DNA from: Methanothermobacter marburgensis str. Marburg
Lineage (GTDB): Archaea > Methanobacteriota > Methanobacteria > Methanobacteriales > Methanothermobacteraceae
Assembly (NCBI RefSeq): GCF_000145295.1
Contig: NC_014408.1
Location: forward strand, 1,290,001-1,322,000
Direction of reading: 5' to 3'
Length of the DNA stretch: 32,000 bases
The position numbers were made by a program, and so were the translations under genes. Shown here one piece after another: positions 8,983 through 16,070 of the stretch. Under the pieces are notes generated by a model. It saw only the letters and a program-made list of their open reading frames with translations. It was not told the origin of the DNA and did not search any database. Position 1 is the first letter of the stretch; each line of letters begins with the position of its first letter.

Positions 8983-9666
8983 ATGAATGACAAAAAAATA
9001 ACATCCTTCATATCATTACCTGATGTTTTATCGATTTTAAATGCTTCTTCAGGCTATTTTTCCATTTTAATGTCCATTCAAGGGTATTTTAGTGCTGCAT
9101 CTATTCTGATGCTTCTGGCTGTCGTTTTCGATTCACTTGATGGGTGGGTTGCACGCCGAACTGGTAGAGTTGATATTCATGGATTTGGCAAAAACATGGA
9201 CTCCCTTTCAGATGTAATCTCATTTGGTGTTGCTCCAGCCATTTTTATCTACCTAACAAGTGCCCATTTTCGATATATTAATATATTAGTAGGTCTCTTA
9301 ATAGTAATATGTGGCATACTGAGACTCTCAAGGTTCAATGTTCTCACAGGGGGTGGGAAGAACTTCACGGGACTTCCAATACCCGTGGTGGCGGTTGTTG
9401 TATCATCATTTTATCTCACAGGATTCTACAGTGAGAAGGTTGTGGGGGCAATGCTGCTCGCTGTCGGTATCCTCATGGTCAGTAGCATTGAATACCCTCG
9501 TGTGGGGGGTAAAATGGCATCTATTGCTTTCATACTCATAACAGCAGCAATTGTAACAGGCATAACTGGAATTCTCACTGTTCCCACAGCAATCATACTT
9601 TTTATGGCCACTGTGGCATACATTGCAGTGCCTATAACACCAATGAGACGTGATCTGAATGCTTGA
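8983..9666 (+). CDS. pssA: CDP-alcohol phosphatidyltransferase; archaetidylserine synthase
   Basis: Motif DSLDGWVAR-x10-GKNMDSLSD matches D-x2-DG-x2-AR...G-x3-D-x3-D. Multi-TM protein. The ORF track starts at GTG 8974. The ATG at 8983 is preceded by AGGTGG with 5-nt spacing. Confidence 0.88.
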   Translation: MNDKKITSFISLPDVLSILNASSGYFSILMSIQGYFSAASILMLLAVVFDSLDGWVARRTGRVDIHGFGKNMDSLSDVISFGVAPAIFIYLTSAHFRYINILVGLLIVICGILRLSRFNVLTGGGKNFTGLPIPVVAVVVSSFYLTGFYSEKVVGAMLLAVGILMVSSIEYPRVGGKMASIAFILITAAIVTGITGILTVPTAIILFMATVAYIAVPITPMRRDLNA

Positions 9667-10969
9667 TAAGATTAAAGGTAATGAAAAGGGGAATAAGAAT
9701 AATCCTCCTGATCTCCGGAAAAACAACAGAAAAGGTGACTCGAAAATTGGAGACAAACTCAAGGGACTTGTGGGTAAATTCGGTGGCGGTGAGGGCTCGG
9801 ATAAGAAAAAACCCAGGCCCATGCCAAAACCCCGGCCCCGGCTGAAAACCCCTGAAGAGCCAAAGGCCAGAAAAGCCCCTGAAAAACCTCTCAGGGGTGG
9901 TGAACAGCCTAAGCCCAGACTTACACCACCACCCAAACGACCTGGAGGCCCATCAGGAGGTATAGGTCGGAAAATTCCAGATGAGGACCAGAAAACCCTC
10001 GTTGGTGCCCTTGTCTTTGGTGTTATTCTAATGGTCCTTGCTGGTGCAGGCTACTACTTCTTAGTCTACCAGCCATACCAGGAGGTGCTGCAGAACGCCA
10101 AGGCCACAAAGATCGCTGAGGTGGACGCACTCTTCAAGGGCCCCCTTGCAACCGACCCCCAGAAGCAGGCCATACTTGCACAGATAGATGCCGCTGTTAC
10201 ACCCGAGGAGGCCCTGGCGGTTGATGTTGTGGGTCCCGCAACACAGTCATGGCGTACCTATCAGAACCAGCAAATAAATATAAAAAAGGACCGTGTTGGC
10301 AGGGTCATGGTTAATTACACAGATAACGACCAGCAGAAGCGTGTGATAATGAAGGTTGCTGATGCAAAGAAATTTGTGAGCCAGGCCGATGCAACCGTGC
10401 TTGCAAATACACAGATCCAGACCCCTGATACCGTTGCTGTGCCAATAATGATCACGAGACTGCAGGCGGCAGGCGGCCTTATAAGTGTGGGTAACATGGT
10501 CGACGTCTACCTCAACCAGAACGCCACCGAGAACAATACATCAGCTGCAGCATCAACACCAAGAATAAGCGGGGCTACTGTACTTGCAATTCTTAGATCC
10601 AAGGACAGCGGTACAGTGGACGCGCGCATACTAAACACTCAGCGGTTAACACTAAACACAATAACCTCACAGAGCGAAAATGAAAGAACATCATCAACAG
10701 ATGTGGAGCAGCTCCTGCGGGCGGCTGCCTCAGGTGGTCTGAATGAAGCCGAGATCAATGCTATACTCCAGAACTACGGTATAAGGCTGTCCAACTATGA
10801 GAGGTCATCAAATCTGGGAGAGCTTGATGCCAACTACCTCATAATACTCGAGGTCCCAAGGGAGGATGTCCTCTTCCTGATACAGAACATGAACAGCATC
10901 GTTCTGACTGTGCCAACACAGAACGCCCCTGACTGGATGATCAGGGAGCTTCAGAGCATATACGGCTGA
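9659..10969 (+). CDS. Bitopic membrane protein: K/P/R/G-rich disordered N-terminus, one TM, large external domain with weak CpaB/RcpC-like features
   Basis: 436 aa. Residues 1-110 are low complexity (KKPRPMPKPRPRLKTPEEPKARKAPEKP). TM at about residues 113-137. The start overlaps the pssA stop by 8 nt. Confidence 0.7.
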   Translation: MLDKIKGNEKGNKNNPPDLRKNNRKGDSKIGDKLKGLVGKFGGGEGSDKKKPRPMPKPRPRLKTPEEPKARKAPEKPLRGGEQPKPRLTPPPKRPGGPSGGIGRKIPDEDQKTLVGALVFGVILMVLAGAGYYFLVYQPYQEVLQNAKATKIAEVDALFKGPLATDPQKQAILAQIDAAVTPEEALAVDVVGPATQSWRTYQNQQINIKKDRVGRVMVNYTDNDQQKRVIMKVADAKKFVSQADATVLANTQIQTPDTVAVPIMITRLQAAGGLISVGNMVDVYLNQNATENNTSAAASTPRISGATVLAILRSKDSGTVDARILNTQRLTLNTITSQSENERTSSTDVEQLLRAAASGGLNEAEINAILQNYGIRLSNYERSSNLGELDANYLIILEVPREDVLFLIQNMNSIVLTVPTQNAPDWMIRELQSIYG

Positions 10970-11022
10970 CTAAGCCAAAAAATTTATTAAATTTTTATTT
11001 AATATTCTAGGTGGGGATGTTT

Positions 11023-11949
11023 ATGAAAAAATGGGTGTATGTTGTTATAGCTGCTGTGTTCATGCTTTCCATTCTGGGAGTCTCTGATACAGGGTCAGCT
11101 GCCAAGGAGACATGGGTTTCTGAAAAACCATCTGCAACCAGTTTCAGGTTGAAGGACCTGACCGCTGTTATAACCGTAAAGATAAAGAACAATGACAACA
11201 ACGTCCAGTACTTCAAGATAGGGCAGGTATACCAGGGAAGCCTTTCAGAGAACAGTACAATTAAATGGCTCATCCAGTGGACGAATCCAGCGGCGGTTAA
11301 AATGGTCAAGTCAAGGACGCCTGAACTGGGGGGTGACTACGGCTGGAAGGTGAAACCTGGGGAGACAAAAACAGTGTCATTTGGCCTCAGGGCCACGGGG
11401 GATATGGGTGAGATACCCAGTTACATCGTTAATGTTGAGTCAGATAACAGCAATTACTGGCCACTTATAAATGAGCCTGGCCTCATGTCCTCATGGTTCA
11501 TGCCCAATGAGATAGAGGTCCTAAACCCATCACTGGATCTCAGATACTGGAAGGGGACCTTTGGGTTCACTCTGATCAACATCGATGAAGAGAAGGTTTC
11601 AGGTATCGTGAGGGCCCCCATTGCCCCTGCAAACTCAAAACTAGTGTACAGTTCACCCAAGGCATTTGTGGATGATGACCTCTTTGTGAGCACACAGGTT
11701 GCTGCATGGGATGTCACAATGGACCCGGAGACCTCACAGAGGTTCGTATACACCTACGAATGGCCCGCTAAGGTAAGCGGAGGTAACGGTTCAACCAGTG
11801 GTGGAGGCTATTACCCGCCAGGCACTCTTCAGGGGACAACCGGTTCATCATCTGTTCCAGGTGCTAAGACAGGTGCCCCCTACGGTCCACTGGTGATAGG
11901 TGTGCTTGTGACTGCAGCCGCAGTTGCCTACACAAAGATCATACGTTAA
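11023..11949 (+). CDS. Secreted surface protein with a C-terminal sortase-type sorting signal
   Basis: Signal peptide MKKWVYVVIAAVFMLSILGVSDTGSAA. G/S/T-rich linker. C-terminus SSVPGAKTG-APYGPLVIGVLVTAAAVAY-TKIIR. The ORF track starts at GTG 11011. The ATG at 11023 has better spacing to AGGTGGGG. Confidence 0.75.
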   Translation: MKKWVYVVIAAVFMLSILGVSDTGSAAKETWVSEKPSATSFRLKDLTAVITVKIKNNDNNVQYFKIGQVYQGSLSENSTIKWLIQWTNPAAVKMVKSRTPELGGDYGWKVKPGETKTVSFGLRATGDMGEIPSYIVNVESDNSNYWPLINEPGLMSSWFMPNEIEVLNPSLDLRYWKGTFGFTLINIDEEKVSGIVRAPIAPANSKLVYSSPKAFVDDDLFVSTQVAAWDVTMDPETSQRFVYTYEWPAKVSGGNGSTSGGGYYPPGTLQGTTGSSSVPGAKTGAPYGPLVIGVLVTAAAVAYTKIIR

Positions 11950-11970
11950 TCATCCCACCTTAACTTTTTT

Positions 11971-12705
11971 ATGGGGACATTCATGAGGCTGGCAACTTTT
12001 CTGATAATTGCAGGCATGTTCATAGTGTCGCTCTACGCCCTTCTTGAGGTGAGTTTCTATTCCTCACAGGTAATTGTTCAGAACCCTGACATCAGGGCTC
12101 CGGTCATTGAGATACCATCCATTAACCTTGAGGAGACCATCAACAACCGATCCGTTTTCTATGGAGTCTACCATGAACCCATGTCCTACCTCCCTGGTAA
12201 CAGAACCGTCATACTCTTCGGACACAGGACACTCTACGGCTCACCCTTCCTGAACCTTGATAAGTTGAAGCCGGGGGATGAGGTCAACCTTAACTGGCCA
12301 GGGGTTGGCCTTGCGACTTACAGGGTTAATCGATCATTCATCGTGCCAGCATCCTACCAGATATCCGTGAATCAGGGGGCGAGGCTATTTCTCATCACAT
12401 GCCACCCCCTTGGATCAACAAGGGAGAGACTGATAGTTGAGTGTAAACTTGAAGGCATAAAGCCCTACCAGAGAAACCTCAAGGTTGAGAACCCCAAGAG
12501 GTACTATGCGCTACTCATAATACTCGGATTCCTTGGGGCTGGTCTTCTGATCACCAGACTCTATCCTGTTTATGAAGATAGGAGACTTCTCCTTGCAGCG
12601 GTAATCAGCCTCACACTCTTCCTGCTGCTGGGTTACATCTTCCCGATCCCCCCAGAGTTCATATCAGAGAAACTCATTGAATTCAACAGCATATTTGGAC
12701 TTTAG
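11971..12705 (+). CDS. Sortase-family cysteine transpeptidase
   Basis: 244 aa with an N-terminal TM anchor. Sortase core: IEIPSINLEE..., PGNRTVILFGHR (His85), LFLITCHP (Cys144, codon 12400-12402) and STRERLIV (Arg151/153). Two further TM segments at the C-terminus. Confidence 0.82.
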   Translation: MGTFMRLATFLIIAGMFIVSLYALLEVSFYSSQVIVQNPDIRAPVIEIPSINLEETINNRSVFYGVYHEPMSYLPGNRTVILFGHRTLYGSPFLNLDKLKPGDEVNLNWPGVGLATYRVNRSFIVPASYQISVNQGARLFLITCHPLGSTRERLIVECKLEGIKPYQRNLKVENPKRYYALLIILGFLGAGLLITRLYPVYEDRRLLLAAVISLTLFLLLGYIFPIPPEFISEKLIEFNSIFGL

Positions 12706-12725
12706 TGAAGCTTAAGGTGTTTAAA

Positions 12726-13091
12726 ATGAGAGAACCTGGAGAAGAGTACTTTTCAAATCTGTCAGACAGGGAAAGGGCCATATTTGAGGGCGGCATAAGT
12801 ATGGGTGCCCTCTTCCACCAGTTCGTTGGAACCCCTGTTAACCTTGAAACCGTTGAAGTCCTTGAGGGTGCAATTGCCGAATCAATAAAGCTCCAGCCGG
12901 CAATCAGGGATGCAGAGGTCCATATAGACAGAGGCATGGTAAGGGAGGCTGCTGGAGAATTTGGTTATGTCTCCCTCACCGGTGAGATGCTAAGGGTGAG
13001 GTTAGACGTTGAATATGGTTCATCAAGGATAACGATCTGCCTCGAGTACCTCGATGAACTGAGGTATCCCCTCATGTATGTGAAGGATTGA
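12726..13091 (+). CDS. mptD: Archaeal dihydroneopterin aldolase-like protein (MptD family)
   Basis: About 121 aa. The ERAIFEGGISMGALFHQFVGTPV pattern is as I remember it for the archaeal DHNA/MJ0408 family. The ORF track starts at GTG 12705. The ATG at 12726 follows AAGGTG with 6-nt spacing. Confidence 0.55.
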   Translation: MREPGEEYFSNLSDRERAIFEGGISMGALFHQFVGTPVNLETVEVLEGAIAESIKLQPAIRDAEVHIDRGMVREAAGEFGYVSLTGEMLRVRLDVEYGSSRITICLEYLDELRYPLMYVKD

Positions 13092-13157
13092 TGTTGTAAT
13101 GGCTGCGAATCTGCATCCAGCTGCATGAGGTGTCCCTCATGTATATAAAGGATTGAT
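13060..13157 (+). repeat. Imperfect direct duplication of the mptD 3' end (13060-13092 versus 13126-13157)
   Basis: tgaggtatcccctcatgtatgtgaaggattgat versus tgaggtgtccctcatgtatataaaggattgat. Three substitutions and one indel. Confidence 0.85.
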
Positions 13158-13261
13158 AGTGAAACTTCAGGGTCCGCACTGATGGACCAAAAAATCTATC
13201 TTGATTAATTATTTAAATTCTGAAAGCAAAGCTATGATAAGAACATTGATGGAAGATTACC

Positions 13262-13465
13262 ATGATAAAGATAGATTCAGATCTCTGTAAGGGATGTGAC
13301 ATATGCAGGGAGTTCTGCCCTGAAGGTGTCTATGTCAGGTCAGAGGAACTCAACAGGAAGGGAGTGCATGAACCCATCCCTAAAAATCTGGATAAATGTA
13401 CGGGATGCAAGATATGCATGCTGATGTGTCCTGATCAGGCGATAGTGGTGTATGACGATGACTGA
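13262..13465 (+). CDS. korD: 2-oxoglutarate:ferredoxin oxidoreductase, delta (2x[4Fe-4S] ferredoxin) subunit
   Basis: 67 aa with two CxxCxxCxxxCP motifs (CKGCDICREFCP, CTGCKICMLMCP). First gene of the KOR cluster. Confidence 0.82.
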   Translation: MIKIDSDLCKGCDICREFCPEGVYVRSEELNRKGVHEPIPKNLDKCTGCKICMLMCPDQAIVVYDDD

Positions 13466-14585
13466 GGAGTACTTTATTCAGGGAAACGATGCCTGCGCCC
13501 GTGGTGCCATAAGTGCCGGCTGCAGGTTCTTTGCAGGTTATCCCATCACACCATCAACAGAGATAGCTGAAGAAATGGCTGTTCTCCTTCCAGGGGAAGG
13601 TGGAGTCTTTGTTCAGATGGAGGATGAGATAGGTGCCCTCGGGGCAGTTATAGGTGCTGTGTGGGGTGGTGTTAAGGGAATGACCGCCACCTCAGGGCCG
13701 GGCTTTTCCCTCATGCAGGAACATGTGGGATACGCTGCCATGACAGAAACCCCCCTTGTGATCGTTGATGTCCAGAGGGGTTCACCCTCAACAGGACAGC
13801 CAACAATGGCATCCCAGAGTGATATGATGCAGGCACGGTGGGGTTCACATGGGGACTATGAAATAATAGCCCTCTCACCATCCTCTGTGCAGGAGTGCTT
13901 CGATTTCACTGTGAGGGCATTCAACCTTGCAGAGGAATACAGGGTGCCTGTGGTGGTCCTCAGCGACGAAATAGTTGGCCATATGAGGGAGAAGATAACC
14001 ATACCCGACAAGGTGGAGATCAGAAAGAGAAAGTCGCCCACAAGTCCCCCCGGTGAGTTCATCCCATTCAAACCCCAGGGAGACTTCGTCCCTGAGATGC
14101 CAGCCTTTGGGGATGGTTACAGAGTACCTGTGACGGGACTCACGCATGATGAGAGGGGTTACCCTGATGCTTCAAACCCTGAGGGCCATGAGAAACTCGT
14201 GAAGAGACTCTGTGACAAGATACTGAATCACAGAGATAAAATAGTGGATGTCCAGAAGGGCTGGACAGATGATGCAGATATAACAGTCATCTCATATGGT
14301 GCCCCCTCACGTTCAGTTGCAACCGCAGTTAAGATGGCAAGGTCCGAGGGTGTGAGGGCAGGTTACATCAAGATAAACACGCCATGGCCGTTCCCTGAGA
14401 CTGAAATTCGGGAAGCCGCTGAATCATCAAGGAAGCTTCTGGTTGTTGAAATGAACCTGGGGCAGATGTTCTATGAGGTTCAGAGAGTTGCCTCAGGCAT
14501 GGCCGAGGTGGAACTGCTTCCAAAGATTGGTGGTGAGATCCACCGCCCCGATGAGATCCTAAACAAGATTATGGGGATGAAATGA
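13452..14585 (+). CDS. korA: 2-oxoglutarate:ferredoxin oxidoreductase, alpha subunit
   Basis: 377 aa with 2-oxoacid:Fd oxidoreductase alpha features (GNDACARGAISAGCRFFAGYPITPSTEI). Overlaps korD by 14 nt. Confidence 0.88.
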   Translation: MTMTEEYFIQGNDACARGAISAGCRFFAGYPITPSTEIAEEMAVLLPGEGGVFVQMEDEIGALGAVIGAVWGGVKGMTATSGPGFSLMQEHVGYAAMTETPLVIVDVQRGSPSTGQPTMASQSDMMQARWGSHGDYEIIALSPSSVQECFDFTVRAFNLAEEYRVPVVVLSDEIVGHMREKITIPDKVEIRKRKSPTSPPGEFIPFKPQGDFVPEMPAFGDGYRVPVTGLTHDERGYPDASNPEGHEKLVKRLCDKILNHRDKIVDVQKGWTDDADITVISYGAPSRSVATAVKMARSEGVRAGYIKINTPWPFPETEIREAAESSRKLLVVEMNLGQMFYEVQRVASGMAEVELLPKIGGEIHRPDEILNKIMGMK

Positions 14586-14665
14586 AGGGTGCGCAGATGA
14601 ATGTAAGAAACAAGCCCACCACTATAATGATGAAATGAAGGAGTGTCCAGATGAATGTAAAGGAA
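14576..14665 (+). repeat. Diverged tandem duplication (period 53 bp) of the korA-stop/korB-start junction
   Basis: gatgaaatgaagggtgcgcagatgaatgtaagaaa (14576-14610) versus gatgaaatgaaggagtgtccagatgaatgtaaaggaaa (14629-14666). Confidence 0.85.
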
Positions 14666-15508
14666 AACCCATACCTCAAGTACCTCAGAAGGGACAGGCT
14701 CCCCCACATATTCTGTGCAGGCTGCGGTAACGGGATAGTGCTCAACACTTTCTTTAAGGGCATGGAAATGGCTGGAGTTGACTTTGACAGCATTGCAATG
14801 GTTTCAGGTATAGGCTGCTCATCAAGGATCCCTGGTTATGTTAAATGCGACTCGCTCCACACAACCCATGGTCGGCCCATAGCCTTCGCAACCGGACTCA
14901 AACTTGCCAACCCCTCCCTGAATGTTGTGGTGTTCACAGGGGATGGTGACGCCGCAGCCATCGGCGGAAACCATCTCATACATGGGGCAAGAAAGAATAT
15001 TGACCTCACAGTGATCTGCATAAACAACAGCATATACGGAATGACCGGGGGGCAGATAAGCCCCACATCCCCGGAGGGGAGTTTCGGTACCACAGCCCCA
15101 TACGGTGCACTTGAGGACCCATTTGATCTCTCTGAACTCGTCAGGGCCGCAGGTGCAAGTTACGTTGCAAGGTGGACAGCTGCCCACCCGCTGCAGCTTG
15201 CAAACTCCATAAAGAAGGGACTCAAGAACAGGGGTTTCTCATTCATAGAGGCTGTTTCACAGTGCCCAACCTACTTCGGAAGAAAGAACAGGATGCGTTC
15301 CCCGGTTGAGATGATGAAATTCATGAAGGAAAACAGCATAAACCGGCGGAAAGCCCTCAAAATGGATCCCGAAGAGGTCGAGGGAAAACTCATCATCGGT
15401 GAATTTGCTGATGCCCCACGCCCTGAACTATGCGACAGGATCTATGGAATGATTGAAGAGAAATCAGGAAAAATTGATATAATCAAATCAGCCTACAGAG
15501 ATGATTGA
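14651..15508 (+). CDS. korB: 2-oxoglutarate:ferredoxin oxidoreductase, beta (TPP-binding) subunit
   Basis: 285 aa. Motifs FCAGCGNG and the TPP motif GDGDAAAIGGNH. Confidence 0.88.
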   Translation: MNVKENPYLKYLRRDRLPHIFCAGCGNGIVLNTFFKGMEMAGVDFDSIAMVSGIGCSSRIPGYVKCDSLHTTHGRPIAFATGLKLANPSLNVVVFTGDGDAAAIGGNHLIHGARKNIDLTVICINNSIYGMTGGQISPTSPEGSFGTTAPYGALEDPFDLSELVRAAGASYVARWTAAHPLQLANSIKKGLKNRGFSFIEAVSQCPTYFGRKNRMRSPVEMMKFMKENSINRRKALKMDPEEVEGKLIIGEFADAPRPELCDRIYGMIEEKSGKIDIIKSAYRDD

Positions 15509-16070
15509 AGTGAGGAAGGAAATCAGAATTGCTGGATTCGGTGGTCAGGGGGTCATACTTGCAGGAATAGTTCTGGGTAAAGCTGCAAGTTTATATGATG
15601 GCCTTTACGCTGTACAGACCCAGTCCTATGGACCCGAGGCAAGGGGTGGCGCCTCAAGGGCTGAGGTTGTTATAAGTGACGAGGAGATAGACTACCCCAA
15701 GGTCCAGAGCCCTGACATACTCGTTGCAATGTCACACCAGGCACTTCTGACCTACATGGATGATCTCAAAGCCGGCGGAACCCTCATCGTCGACCCTGAC
15801 ATGGTCATCGAGAATGAAATCCAGGACTTCGTGGAGGAGAGGAACATCAGTTACTTCCGTGCACCTGCCACTAGGACAGCCGAGGAAAAGGTCGGTATAA
15901 CCATCGTGGCCAATATGGTGATGATAGGGGCCCTCACAGAGGCCACCGGAGTTGTAAGTGTCAGGGCAGCTGAGGAGGCCATAAAGAACAGTGTGCCTCC
16001 AGGTACTGAGGAGAAGAACATCATGGCATTCCAGGCAGGTCGTGAACTCATCATGGAGGGACAGAAATGA
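15501..16070 (+). CDS. korC: 2-oxoglutarate:ferredoxin oxidoreductase, gamma subunit
   Basis: 189 aa. IRIAGFGGQGVILAG and SYGPEARGG are typical of gamma subunits. Overlaps korB by 8 nt and sucC by 4 nt. Confidence 0.88.
   Translation: MIEVRKEIRIAGFGGQGVILAGIVLGKAASLYDGLYAVQTQSYGPEARGGASRAEVVISDEEIDYPKVQSPDILVAMSHQALLTYMDDLKAGGTLIVDPDMVIENEIQDFVEERNISYFRAPATRTAEEKVGITIVANMVMIGALTEATGVVSVRAAEEAIKNSVPPGTEEKNIMAFQAGRELIMEGQK

Noticed and set aside
9406-9936. 176-aa minus-strand ORF rich in G/S/P/L/F.
   Set aside because: It is the antisense shadow of the low-complexity K/P-rich 5' part of the 9659..10969 gene and the 3' end of pssA. No start context.
13089-13148. The TGA stop of the mptD-like gene is followed in frame by a Cys-rich tail (CCNGCESASSCMRCPSCI), suggesting selenocysteine read-through.
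   Set aside because: This lineage is not known to use selenocysteine. No SECIS-like hairpin is obvious. The Cys codons arise from a CTGCAT/GCTGC repeat-rich spacer and the duplicated 3' end. This is probably coincidence.
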